Shown here: positions 47,816 to 61,121 of the stretch, piece by piece
How the letters are laid out: every line of letters begins with the position of its first letter
Numbering within the stretch: position 1 is the stretch's first letter
Assembly: GCA_951406725.2 (NCBI GenBank)
Contig: OX597834.1
Coordinates: 17,670,001 to 17,734,000, forward strand
Direction of reading: 5' to 3'
DNA: 64,000 bases
Origin: Octopus vulgaris
Taxonomy: Eukaryota
Translations under genes and position numbers: made by a program
Notes under the pieces: generated by a model
Seen by the model: only the letters and a program-made list of their open reading frames with translations
Database searches by the model: none
What the model was told of the DNA's origin: nothing

Positions 47816-50295
47816 AAGAAAAACTCTCTGCAAAACCAAGTATTGTATTGTTTCTTTGTTCTAAGTTTATTACAAGACTTTATTCCAGCAAGAATACAGT
47901 GTAGGTCTAAATACTTCATCTTATTTCTCTCATATTTATTATATGTGAGATTGACAAGGCTACTTTGTTCTAGTGTTTAAGTTACAACAGTGTACTGGAA
48001 TCAAATCAAGTAACTATTGCCTTTTTTTCTTAAGTGATTATGTCTTATGCCTATGAAAGAAATTATGTTATATGTCAAGTAGTAAATACAAATGCTATTT
48101 ATTAAGTTCTTAAAAAGATAACTTAGTCCAAGAAGTACATTCTATTGCTAGTAGGAAGTGTTTCACTTGATTATCTAGTGACCTTGGAATAAGTGCAAAT
48201 GTCACCAACTTCTTCATTTGTCCTCCACTAAAACAATGTTTCATGCTTAATTAAGAAATCATCATTCAGCTGTCAAAAGGTATTATTATTATATAGTATT
48301 CATAAATATTAAGCTTATCTTCTTAACAACTGAAAATATCGTTTTAGGATTATTGTTAACATTAATCATAAATGGTTATTTGGGAGGGTTTTTTTTTCTT
48401 ACATTAGGTTTTTTTATATATTAATTAAGCTATTTTTTGTTCTTGTTTCCATGCATTGTTAAAAGTGCAATGTTAAATAACAAGTTCATTAGTAAATTTA
48501 ATGCCGGAACTCTAAGAAAATACAGATTAAACATTAACACAAACAATTCTAAACAAAAATATGTTTTTACTAAACTAGTGAGATGAAATAAATGTCATCT
48601 GTTTGACTTCCTCATACAGTGATGTGAGCAATTATCTGCAACTATTGATGGTCATGTAAAAAAAAAACCCAACCAATTTAATTGTATGTATTTCATTAAA
48701 AAACAAATGGATTAAAATTGCCTGTTAAGTGATATAGCACTTGTGAAGTGTATATATGGAACTTTGGGTAAAATAGCAAGATTCTTGTTGGTAGGCTGTG
48801 TTCATAATTTACTACAAGTATTGTATTAGAGGCATAACTCGAAGTTTGCATTGCAGTCATGTGGTTCTGAGTTCTGTTTCATTTCACAACACCTGGTTAA
48901 GTGTCTTTTCCTTTAGTCTTGGTTCACCAATGCATTGTATGTGAAATTTTGTTGTCGGAAACTCTGCATAAGTTCATTGTGTGTGTATACCTATATTTTA
49001 TTGTTTAAAAATTTATGGGTCTGAAAAAAAAAACAGGCACCCATATATTAGTTAATAGAGTGGGCTTGTTATTATTAATCTTATTTATATTTGTGCATGT
49101 GCTCCCATATATAAGTATGTGTTTATTTATATACACATGGAAAAATACTCAATGCATGTAGTAGAATTTGTCTGAGGTTGACAGTTACCTTCATTTTTAT
49201 TGAAGGTCTTCTCCAGCCCATTCAATCACAAATTGTATTGGCCTCCCCTTGTCATTCTCACCATTGTAAATGCATGAGATGAAATTAAAATTATTGAACA
49301 TGTTTCATTTGCTATAGATCTAATGTTTATCTTCATAATGAATTCTATTTTAACCACCAAGCTTGAACAGGTTCTTATGGGGACTCTGAAAAGCTAAGTG
49401 ACAGAATCCTACTTAGTGATATTGTCAATATGACCCAAGGAAAGTCATTGAAATACATATGGTATTATTCCTGCTGATTTTTATCCATTAAAACTCTATA
49501 GCACAAATAACAAAATATAAAATCTTTGGCTCCACTGTGAAAAATCCAGAACTTTTTATCTATTTACCCTTCATTGTTAATGAGAAATATCTCGCAGTAA
49601 AACAATGTTACTATTGTTAAATGTTTGTAAAGACTTACACAAACATGCAAAATGTCTCCAAACTTACACCAGACTCTTATCTATGTTAAATCAATATTGT
49701 GTATGTTTGGAGTCATGTCAAACTCTGTTGGGTAGACCTAACTTAATAAATGTGAAACATTGTAAATTAAAACCATTTTGAAGAATGTGTTATCAGTAAT
49801 TACTAGACTATTGATAAGGATGATGATGATTATATTTATCACAGTAGTGATGATTGAGTGTTGCATCTGACTGGCCTATTTATGTTCATGTCAAAGACTC
49901 TTAGCTCTCAATGGCCTAAGCAAACTAGCTGTAAACAGATGGTAAAATGATAATCACTCACGAAGATAGTCGCTGTATAATAGATTATTGTTTTGTTACC
50001 TCACAAGTAACTGTATAGAAAATAGTCACAAACATCAGTGTTATTGGCTGGTACCATATTGTTTAGGTGAGTTCTTGGCAATCCAAATTCATGACAGTTG
50101 CTAAAAACCTATTTGCAATCCGTTCACAATATTTACATCTCGGAAGGACAAAATACAATGGAGATAATTTCCTCTCCTTTTGAAATCAAAAGTTTTTTTT
50201 AACTTTTAAGAGAAAACAATAAGAAACTGCTCCATTGTACCCTCTTAAAATACTATGATATCACCACACATTTTGAGTGAAACTGAATCAGCCAC

Positions 50296-50517
50296 TTAAC
50301 CTTTTAGCATTCAGATTACTCTGTCAAATGAAATGATTATTTATTCATATTGTTTTTAATTAATCATACATTATCTCATAGTTTCAAGATTTTGATGAGG
50401 TGATTATTTATATTTCGAATAACATTGCTAGGTATCTGTGAGAGGCTGGCCAGTTTAAACATAAAACAGGTAGAATATTTGGGCTGGATATGGTCTGTTT
50501 AAATGCTAAAGGGTTGA
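50296..50517 (+). mobile_element. piggyBac-type MITE
   Basis: Ends ttaa-ccttttagcatt / aatgctaaaggg-ttga (TTAA target); three copies in the window. Confidence 0.8.
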
Positions 50518-51719
50518 AGAAAGCATGGCACTAAAGATGAAGAATGATTGTTTGTCTGGCTGGTTGCCTGAGTATCCTCTCTCTGTTGACTTGTATAATA
50601 CATGTTTATTGCTGAAAGAAAAAAGTACTTCGCGATGGTCACCAATGGATACTTGCCAAAAAGGACATTATCATTTGGTCAACTTGCTACCAATGACAAT
50701 CTAATCTTTTAAAATTGGTTTTAAGGATTTGTTTGAGAGAATAAATGGTTGTTAACTAGGAAAATTGTGTGTGTGTGTGTGATGAGCAATCAATTAGTTG
50801 AACAAATGAGCTGTCTACACATTGAAGTAATATGTAAGTGGTCGAGTATTTCACACATGTATTTAGCTTTAAGGTAATTCTCAAACTGAATCAGTTTAAC
50901 ACCGTTTAAATTACTAGTACAATCCATCCAGGGGCTTCCAAACAGTTTCTGTTTACTCAATTTCACTGAGATAGTTTGGGTTTACCCAAGGCTAAGGTAA
51001 ACGATACTTGTCAAAGTGCGCGTGCACACACACACACACACAATCAATTTAATCATTACCATCCATCATCATAACTTTTACATTTGCTCTCCATCCTGGC
51101 GTGGGCTGGAAGGGTCATCACAGTTGAAGTCAGTTCTTATTTGGAGTTGCTGCCTTCTTAACACTAATTATTTTACAATGCATACTATGTATATTTTATC
51201 CCATACCAGCACTAGAGAGGATGTTATCTCCTAAAAAAAAAACAAGATTAAAAGGTCCTCTCAATTTTATGGTGTCTCTGCTTATTTACCAATCTTTTTA
51301 CCATAAGTACAGGGTGCATTTTATCATGGCACCTGCACTAGAGAGGTTGTCATGTCTCCAAGAAAAAAACTAAGGAGTTCTTTCTACTCCACAATCTCTC
51401 CCCTTGTTTGTCAGCTATTTACAGGGTGTACTGGGTGTATTTATCAGAATGTCCCCATCAGTGACATTGCTTTGTATCCTGCAAGCTAGAGGGGCAACCT
51501 CACTGTTGTGTATTGTCTTTGTATCAAACATTTAGAGGAGAGGGTGATTGCATAAGAAGAATTAGGGAGAGATAGAAAAGATGGGGTAGGAGGAACAGTG
51601 ATTGGGGTGATGGCATGATGGTGGGGAGAAATAGGAGAGATAATGCTAGAGGAATAATGAAGAGAAGTCGTAAAGGTAGGGCATCAGAAATAGTAGAGGG
51701 TAACAGGAGAAAGACACAA

Positions 51720-51945
51720 CGGACAAATGCATGTTTGACTGACCACCAGATATCAAATAGTGGTGGAGGACACACACACACACATATATGAGACAGGCTT
51801 TTTTCTGTTTCTGTCTACCAAATCCACTCACAAGGCCTGAGGCTATAGTAGAAGACGTTTGCCTAAGGTGTCACACAGTAGGGCTGAACCTGGAACTATG
51901 TGGTTGGGAAGCAAGCTTGTTACCACACAGCTGTGCCTGTGCAAT
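51720..51945 (-). mobile_element. OK/OR-type SINE 5' half, degenerate
   Basis: Matches the reverse complement of the 37547 copy. Confidence 0.8.
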
Positions 51946-53978
51946 ATTTAAAACAATTAAATAACTAATATAAAAACAAACAAATATTAGAAAAAGCTCA
52001 TTGGACATGATTGGAGATCCAAACAAAGCAGTGTTTAACAACAAAAACACAAAAGAACATGGTAATAGGTTGGAAAATTTTAATTATTATTGCTGTTTGT
52101 TATTCATAGTGCTAGTGTTATTATAGATGATAGTAGTGTTTGTGTTAGCATTTGAACTGATAGGATTGTTTCTGTTTGCAACAATGATTGTGATGATGAT
52201 AAGAAGAAGTATCTCAGTCACAATTCCTCCTTATCAATAAAGTGTAACGCAGTTTCTTATCAGAAATAAAATTTCAACTTATACTGTGGAAACATTTAAG
52301 TTTTCTTCCATTGCAGTCTTATGCTAACAAATATTGTTGAGTCTTTACTTCAGATTTTCTAGATTGTAGAGGATGTTTGTTCTCTCAATCTTGAGATAAT
52401 TTCTTTTGTTTTGTCACTTTTTATAGCTAATGCTCACTTCTTCACTTTAAGCACCGTATCTCGTAGATAATGAGCCTTGGTTTCTCTTACAACTCTACTG
52501 TCTGCTTCTACTTTACTTTGCTATCATATTTGTATGATATCTTTTCATAATCACACAAACTCTCTTCCACTAGAAATTGCTAATTTTAACTTAGGAGAAT
52601 AGAGAATTCTTTAAGTCAGAACTTGTTTAAAGAGATAATCTAGTAATTTTTCTATTTGGAACATATGAAATATTTGTTTTCCACTGTTACTATATTTGTA
52701 GTAAGTTGTAACTGACTGAGTCATTTGTATGTTTGATTGTCAAAATTTCAATAGTTCATTTCTCACTGACATTACCAAACCCAAGACCAAGACACTTCCA
52801 ACCCAGGGCAAAGAACTTTTTTTTTATAAATTTGAAGGATTCATTGATTAAAGGAAATTGTTATTATGGAATAACAAACAAAATTTTATCAAATATATTG
52901 AAAAATGTAATTACATTTATTGTGAAAGTGTAATTATAAATATTAGATTATGAAATAAAATTATAAACTGACCTTTTAATAACTTGCTTAATATTATATT
53001 TATTCATTGCGTGCGCGCGTGTATGCTATCAATAAAAATGTATTTCCTAATGCAGAATCCAGACCTCTGAAAATCACATATCATTCACCCCTGATCCAAT
53101 CTATTTAATCATAATTGAGCATTATCCACTGCTTTAAACAGTGGTGTTGCAGATTGGTCTGTGTATTTCATTAGCTTGTAGTGCTAAGTATTTTCCTTTT
53201 TGGATGCAGTTATCCAGGTGCAAAAGTGTCTCTCATTTGCTACTTTTCTTGAAAACTGAGATAAGCTACCATAAACTGTCACAATTTCTAGTAACAAAAT
53301 TAGATAAAGAGGGTAAGAAGATTATATTATTTAATTAGTTGAGATGCCTCTGGAGAATATAACAAAAATCTTTTTTGAAAGAAGACATTTGAAAAACATC
53401 ACTTTAAATATCTATCTTACAGATAATGTGGGATTTTGAAAATAAGAAGAGAGCTGTATAGTTGTCTTATGAACAATTACAGCTGGAGGCTTTTAATGAA
53501 GAAATATAATTAAGAAAAAATACAACACCTGGGAAAGTATATATTCTATTGCAGTGGGCATTATTTTGTATACCACCTACCCAAGCATAGAAATGAAATA
53601 ACTAGTGTGATAGTTGCTAGTCTAGGTAGTAGATTTTGGTTATATTCCATCATCATCTGCAAGATTAGCCAAGTTTTTGTGCCAAGCCTCTGACAAAAAT
53701 GTCTGAACATTTGCATAAATACAATTTGTTTGTTGATAACTTAGGATAGTGTACATCTCTGCACAACAGAGCAGTATTTATGTACACACTCCAACATAAT
53801 ACGTACAAACACATATTCATGTATGCACATATTTCAATGGTTTTTCAATTATTTTTCTGTAAGGTGTGGGGGGTTGTTTTGTAAATTGAGAAATTTGCAA
53901 ATTAATTTTTGAACAAATATTTCAACACCTACCTCAACTACCTGTTTCATTCTGATGAAACTATAGAACTACCTTTGA

Positions 53979-54598
53979 TTTAATCTTTAGTATTGAAACC
54001 AGCCATGAGTGGCTGTGTGGTAAGTAGCTTGCTAACCAGCCACATGGTTCCGGGTTCAGTCCCACTGCGTGGCATCTTGGGCAAGTGCCTTCTGCTATAG
54101 CCCCGGGCCGACCAATGCCTTGTGAGTGAATTTGGTAGACGGAAACTGAAAGAAGCCTGTCGTATATATGTATGTGTGTGTTTGTGTGTCTGTGTTTGTC
54201 CCCCTAGCATTGCTTGACAACCGATGCTGGTGTGTTTACGTCCCCGTCACTTAGCGGTTCGGCAAAAGAGACCGATACAATAAGTACTGGGCTTACAAAG
54301 AATAAGTCCCGGGATTGATTTGCTCGACTAAAGGCGGTGCTCCAGCATGGCCGCAGTCAAATGACTGAAACAAGTAAAAGATAAAAGATAAAAAGATATG
54401 TAGCCAAAATATTCTACCTGTTTTGTGTTCAAACTGGCCAAATCTGGACCCTCAAACCTACCCTTCAGGGTCATTCTAAAACTAAACCACCACATTATCA
54501 GAATCTTGAAGCTACAAGATGATTCATGATTAATTCAAAACAATGGGAATAAATAAGTATTGCATTTAACTGAATAATCTGAATGTTAAATGGTTAAT
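53979..54598 (-). mobile_element. piggyBac-type MITE split by a young SINE
   Basis: Joining 53979-54006 to 54398-54598 reconstitutes the reverse complement of 50296-50517 with TTAA at both ends. Confidence 0.75.
54007..54397 (+). mobile_element. Young OK/OR-type SINE
   Basis: Nearly identical to 37547-37925, CpGs intact, (AAAAGAT)n tail. Confidence 0.92.
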
Positions 54599-55379
54599 TG
54601 GACTGGTATACTTCAAATAATGTTATTTGCCTACAGGTACAACGAAATATTGGCAGTACAGACATGATTTTGGTAGGGAAGCAGAATAATCCCGTGGGTT
54701 AGGTATTGGTGCTCATAGGCTAGAAGTTCAAATTGGTTTCAAGGCAGTACACTTCATTTAAGAAAACAGAATCTGAGGAAACTAGTGATGATCTGCTTTA
54801 GTAAATAATAATGGAGGAAATTTAAATAGTAATATAAGTTTTATGCCAGGAAGAAGACAAAATAATAATTCACTGTTTGAACTTTATTTATCTGCAGTAC
54901 CTTATTTCATCTAGTGGTTGAGAATAAAAGTAAAATAGTAGGTGTCATATCATTTGGGAATGTTATCTGTGAAAGAATACTATTCATGTGCCCAACAAAA
55001 TAGTTGTAGAAGTCTTCTCTAAGGCTACATAAAGCATATTCTATAAGGCAACATAAAAGAAATATAGCCTTAACTACACAGTGGAAATAATTAGAAAGAT
55101 CTTTGGACAATTTCCAATACAGAAACATGTCATCACCACGCATAAAAATAAAACCCAGTGTCCTCCAACTAAACAAGAAAAGCAAACAAAAGTGCACAAA
55201 ACTAGTAATATCTAGCATGAACCACAAACAAGCAATGAAAAAAATCTATATGAACCCCCTGCATGCTCCATTATCACTTCCATTGACATCAACCTCCTTC
55301 AAAAACGACGGGGTGGGGGTGGGGAAAGAAGAATTTGAGAACCAAGTGCTGATGGAGTTTACTAAATTCTTTATTTAGA

Positions 55380-56300
55380 CTGATTAACTCTCACTTTGTA
55401 AAAATTACTCTTGTAAATGACTTTCATATGCTCTTACATGCCATTTATCTGCAAACAGTTTTCTATGTAACCACCAGAACACAGAGCATGAAGTCTTATC
55501 AAAAACCTTCTTGATGTCTATAAATGCTCAGTATAGTTCTTTGCACTTGGCTAAAATCTTCTCCCATAGTTGTTTTACTTGGAAGAAGGAAGCTACAGTA
55601 TCCCATCCTAGTACAAACCTGAAATGTATCTCATCTAGGCTAATTTTATTTCCAATTAGTTGTTATAACTTTGTTTCTTTCATATGAAATATATCTCATC
55701 TAAACTAATTTCCTTCCTAATTAACTGTGGTATAATTCTGGTTCTTTTTTTTTATATAACTTGGTCCATGAAGTTTATGCCTCTGTAGTTGCTTATTCAT
55801 AAAGTATTCCTTTACCCTCGTAATAGTTGACAATAATATTACTATGCCAATAGGGGACATCCCTCTATTACATGACTGACTATGCAAATGATTGTGTCCA
55901 ACTTTGCCAAATATTTTCAGCATTTTGGTGACTAGTTTTGCTGGCCCAGCTGCTTTCTCTATTTTCATGTTTTGTTATTTTTTCAACTTCAAGAGCTGGT
56001 CCCACTGTTGCATATACTTTTACTTCCCCATCTATTCTTTCCAGGCCTGTCTTTTAACTTGTATGTTTCTATTTATTATACCATTCTACCACCATGTCAC
56101 CATTCATATGGCTGTAATCTTGCTCCATTCACAAGATTGGTTTCTCATAGAAACTTCCAGTTATCTTTTGTAAGTCTCTATGTTCTCTTCCTTATCAGAA
56201 ATATTACTTAGAAATTCTTTAACATTACCTTCAACTATTTCTGAAATCTTTGCATGCAAACTCAGAAAACATAGTTTTATCCAAATTATAAACAGCACTA
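55380..56300 (-). mobile_element. RTE-clade LINE ORF2 (reverse transcriptase N-terminal part), decayed
   Basis: MKIEKAAGPAKLVTKMLKIFGKVG and SLDEIHFRFVLGWDTVASFFQVKQLWEKILAKCKELY*AFIDIKKVFD match the KA.GP and QFGF....T....RQL.EK....AF.D.EKAFD motifs. Confidence 0.8.
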
Positions 56301-57104
56301 AGCATGTAGAGGCTTATTGGCTGTTAATTTGTAGAATCATTAGAGCAGTGGAGAAAAACCCTCATGGTAATTATTCTGGGTTTTGCATTCTAAGATCCCA
56401 CTAAAGTCAACTTCACTATTTATTCTTTAGTGATTGATGAATAAAGCACTAGTCAAGTACTAAGTTTGATTCTCTGTCTGTCTGTCTCTCTCTCACACAC
56501 ATGCACACAGAATCAGCTTTGCTATTCTGTGAGGAATTGTGACAGGACCACTCACAAAGTTTCTTTTTTCCAAGGAACAAAGGTGTATTGGGTAAGGGGC
56601 TAATAACTTATCTAGCATATTGCAAAAACTATCCAAAGAAACCAAAGAACATGGTAGGCATGGATGGACTGATGAAGAGTATGGCACAAAATGGTTAAAA
56701 CAAGTTGAGGTTTGATCAATCTCGGTCCTCCATGTACTTCCAATCTATTTGCTATTTTTCAAGCAAACTGCACCTCCATTTTTGTTTTGTATGCCCTCTC
56801 ATAATTTGCATTAATGACTCCAGTGGGATGAAAATCTCTATACTATTATGGCTCAAGTCATGCTCAGATTCATAGTCTCTAAACTTATTCAGTAACAGGT
56901 ATCATTTTCAGCATTTTTAAACACTGCAGAAACTCAGATGTCTTACTTAACATATTTGTTTTCCTGATCTTATTTTCATTGTCTCTTTTTTAAATCTGTT
57001 GTTAGCTTATATCTATTGAAATATATTGCTTTTGTTTCAATTAATTTTGAAAACAATGAAATTTTTAGGAAAATAACTTTACTATGAAGCAGGTAAATAG
57101 AATA

Positions 57105-57360
57105 AAGACCCTTTCAGTCATGAATGACCATGGAATTACACCTAAAAAGTTACCCTTCAAGGCACAAGTCTGGGCAAGGTTGTTTATGGAAGACCAGCAG
57201 TCACCCATGCATACCATCCTTCCCTCTCCATGCTACTGATGTTATACAAGGGAAAGCCAAAGGTTTGGTGCCAGTGCAAGTTCAATTCCCGGACTGGGCT
57301 GTGTGTTGTGTTCTTGAGCAAGACACTTTATTTCACACTGCTCAGTTCACTCAGCTTTAG
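57105..57360. mobile_element. Interspersed repeat (RTE-associated/SINE composite), degenerate
   Basis: GC-richer block ending caagggaaagccaaagg, related to about 2940-2990, followed by the CORE-like SINE piece gtgttcttgagcaagacactttatttcac. Confidence 0.5.
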
Positions 57361-58759
57361 AAATGAAGCAGGTGTTTGGAACTTAAATAGCATGGAATTT
57401 CTGATCAAAAGGTTTTTAGATAATTTTAAAATGGGAACTTTATATCATAGAATCAGGGGCAGTCTTGGGCAGGTTGGTGTCAAAAGGATTAACTCCTACT
57501 TTACATATGTTGTTCCACCAACACAACATTGAAACTATCATCATCACTATAACTAAAACTACACTTGTTTATATCATTCACACTGAGATTATTACTAATA
57601 CTCTCAACAACATTATCAATTCTACTGATTATCCCCCACCTGCTCTTAACTACTGTGATCACCAGACCACCACCACTTCTATTATACTCAGAGTTATAGC
57701 CATTACTTTCTTTATCTAATTCTAACATTTCAACATCATCATCAATATCACTTCTGTTGTCTTGAGTGTCATTATCTCTCATTAAATACTGTCATAATTG
57801 ATTTGACCACTCCCAGCCACATCAACATTGCCATTGTCATCAAGACAATGAGATATTTTTACCTCTTTCAACAAACCATTTGTGTTGAGACTGTTCTTGT
57901 TATTGTTTTTGTTGTTTATTTTGACACATGTAAAGAGATATGTATTTGTGAAAATATGTATGATTTTCCAGACCATTTAACCAATTTACTTACTGTGCTA
58001 CGATATCAGTCTGCTGTAAAAAGAGTCATTATCACCACATTTCATTCTCTCTCTGACTCTATCTCTTCTCTCTCACCTTCTCTTTTCTCTCTTTCTCTCT
58101 CCTTTTTCATCGTCTTGGTTTTATTTTTGCTTACATTTCATACTTTATCTTTTAACTTCTGTCTCCTTTTCATTTTCCTTCTCTTTCAATTCTCCTTTAT
58201 TCTCTCATTTTCTCTTTCATCTACTTCCTCATTTCCTTGCTCACTCTCATCTTTTATTTTTTTCACTGCCTAAATTACTCACAATATATATATATTGTTT
58301 TTATTATTTATCTATATTTGAACATGAAAGCATCATCCTCAACTGAATTCTCCTGAACATGCCAACAAACAACAGCTGTAATGTTTATATATCTATAGAC
58401 TATATTATTTTAGACATTTCAAGAAAAAAATCAAAGAAAAAAGTCACTGAAGACTGTGAGCCATGAGCAGCATAGCTCAATGAGAGTATATTGCCATTCT
58501 GAGTTTGAAACCTATTTTTTCAGTTCTTGGCTGGATCCATTATATTCTGTATCTGTGATTCGTGTTGTAGATTATATTTATAGGAAGGATAGGTTCCACT
58601 TGACGTTGACATTCTAAAAATACTTTCATCTGCATTTTATATCATGGAACATCAACACATAGTTATTTTGCTTTAACTTCCTGTATGAAATTGAAATTTT
58701 TAGTGAATCCCGATGATGCACTTGGGATGGAAGAGGGGATTATCAAATATTGTGATTTT

Positions 58760-59700
58760 AGTGAGGCACAAGTTTCAGATATTTAGAAAGATAATGCATT
58801 GCAAATCTTTCCAAATGCTTCATCATAGAAATATAAATTGTTGTGTCTTGTGGTTGATGCTGGTTGACATTCAATGAGGCTGCAATAGTTACAAAGATAC
58901 TTGTTTGGTGAGCAGATGTAGTTGTCTTTTGTCAGATAAGTTTCTTCAGAGCACATCTCTTTGGATGTGCAGTCCTCAGTCAAGAGAAGTCTAAGATTGG
59001 GTACCTGACATCTTGAATATTTCCAGGTACTCACAGTTCTCAATCGGTTGGGCAATGTAGTTAGTGAAACCTGCATGTAAGCATTCTATAAAGAACTATT
59101 AATGAGTAAGAGCAATATTGTTCTTGGGTAAACTTTAGGCACTGATAAGAACTGACTGGCTGGTCTATTCTGGAAGACTTTCAGATTGGTAACTATAAAT
59201 AATTTTAAGAAATCTTTTGCAATGCAGTGCTGTCAGGGGTATTACTGATTTAAGACAAACTTTACAAGTATGGAAATGCCTTTAACAGGGCCTGTTTAAG
59301 GTACATGCATAGCAATGAAACCACCTTTGCATACACTCATTTGGTGCCCAAGTATTGTTGACTTGTGGACTTTTGTTGAGTAGCTGTTGTTGTGTATAGT
59401 ATGAATCCAGCTCCTTGTTAAATCCATTGTAAAGATTACCCTAATGCCTTCCTTAGATCAAGAAGTAGCAGTTCTCTTTATGGTAGCTGTGGTAAAAGAG
59501 CTTGTGTGGTGGACATGACAAATGACCAAAGACAAACACTTCCCTTTTTATGCAAGCCCTTATCGACATTTTCAAGATTCATTTGGAGAGGTTCTCAATT
59601 AATTTGTTGAATAGTGGGTGAGAGTTGTGAACATGGCTTGGGTGAATGGTGTTCCTTTCAGGAGATATTTGTAGGTTGGAGAATGGCAACTGGGAGAGGG
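58760..59700 (+). mobile_element. Tx1/L1-clade LINE ORF2 C-terminal fragment (zf-RVT region), decayed
   Basis: DKLYKYGNAFNRACLRYMHSNETT/LHTLIWCP/SIVDLWTFVE and VAVVKELVWWT match C..C....ET..H.L..CP....W..V and AK..IW..R. Confidence 0.7.
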
Positions 59701-59919
59701 TACTTACCATAGGTAGTTAGTGTAACCCAGGATCTGAGAAGTTCCTTGATTATTCTTAGCTGATGGTCCTATTCTATTTTAAAAATTTGTATACTTCCTT
59801 TTTATTTCCATTTTCTTTTTCATTTCCCATTTCGTTATTATATAAACTTACCCATTTTCTATATAATGTCTTTTTGTCTATTGTTCTTGTCTTAAATAAG
59901 ATTATTATTATTATTGTTA

Positions 59920-60096
59920 TCAAAGCTTAGTGGTATTTTATCTGTCCTTATGTTCTGAGTTCAAATTCTGCCAAGGTCGTCTTTATCTTTCATCCTTTCG
60001 GAGTCAATGAAATGAGTACCAGTTGAGCACTGGGGTCGATGTAATCAATTAGCCCTCTCCCACAAAACTTCAGGCTTTGTGCCAATAGTAGAAAGG

Positions 60097-60135
<39 letters not shown>

Positions 60136-60625
60136 GTTATTCTTCTTATTATTATTATGGTGAACTGGCAGAAACATTACTACACCAGACCAAAAGTTTA
60201 ACAGTATTTCTGCTGGTGCTTCAGGTTCTGAGTTCAAATGCCATCGAGGTTGACTTTGCTTTTCATCCTTTCAGGATCAATGAAATAATTACCAGTTGAG
60301 CACTGGAGTTGATGGAATTGACAAGCCTCCTCCCTCAAAATTTTAAGCCTTGTGCCTACAGTAGAAATGATTATTATCATGATTATTATTGTGGTGGTGA
60401 TGGTGAGGAAGTGGCAGAATCATTAGAACACTGGAAAAAATGCCTTGCAGTATTTGATCTAACTTTTGTACTCTAGCTTCAAAACTTGCTGGACTCAACT
60501 TTGCCATTCGTCCTTTTGAGTTTGATAAAGTACCTGTCAGGTACTGGGGTCAGTACAATCAGCCTGCCCTCTCCCCTCAAAACTTTGCCTTGTACAAAAG
60601 TTTGAAACTCTTGTTGTTGTTATTG
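59920..60625 (+). mobile_element. Three head-to-tail Meta/MESC-like SINEs separated by (TTA)n tails; a fourth at about 61120-61255
   Basis: Repeated gttctgagttcaaat...ttcatcctttc...taccag...actgggg...ccttgtgcc units. Confidence 0.85.
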
Positions 60626-60827
60626 TCATTATATCTTATTTCTCAGAGCTCTCGGTCTTACGTGCTCTTGTTAATTCTGTCAGAGAGGACAGCATCCTGT
60701 TGTTGAAGGTCTCACAAGGTCTCTTTCCACGAATCATAAGATTTAGTACTTATGTATTGTTGGTCAATAAAGAAATCATCGAAATATTTCTAAATCTCTC
60801 AGAGAGATTTACGCAGTAGTAGCACGA

Positions 60828-61071
60828 TAAAGTGATAGCATGTTGTCATTAATAATGATGAGCATTAATAATGATGATGAGCAATGACTCTGAAACTAGT
60901 CTTTGGATGCTGGTTTTGCTGGGTGAATGTGCTTGTCTCCACTTTGGAACATAAGGGCACAGGAAATGTGTCAAGTCCAACAGGAAATGGTGTTTCCTAA
61001 GGCTAAATAACAGTAGCATTCTTCCCTTCTATGGGACTGTCACATGAAGTTGACAACATGCTATCACTTTA
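60828..61071. mobile_element. Short element with perfect 21-bp terminal inverted repeats (possibly Kolobok-type MITE)
   Basis: taaagtgatagcatgttgtca (60828-60848) / tgacaacatgctatcacttta (61051-61071), with ATAA-AG...CT-TTAA ends. Confidence 0.65.
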
Positions 61072-61089
61072 AAGAAGTCATCATCATCA

Positions 61090-61121
<32 letters not shown>

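Noticed and set aside
57500-58273. 84-156 aa ORFs rich in T/I/S/F/L
   Set aside because: Low-complexity (CAT/CT-rich) sequence, not coding.
58704-58760. Exon-shaped block NPDDALGMEEGIIKYCDF resembling DCN1-like or discoidin peptides
   Set aside because: It is too short, abuts a decayed Tx1/L1 fragment and has no partner exons.
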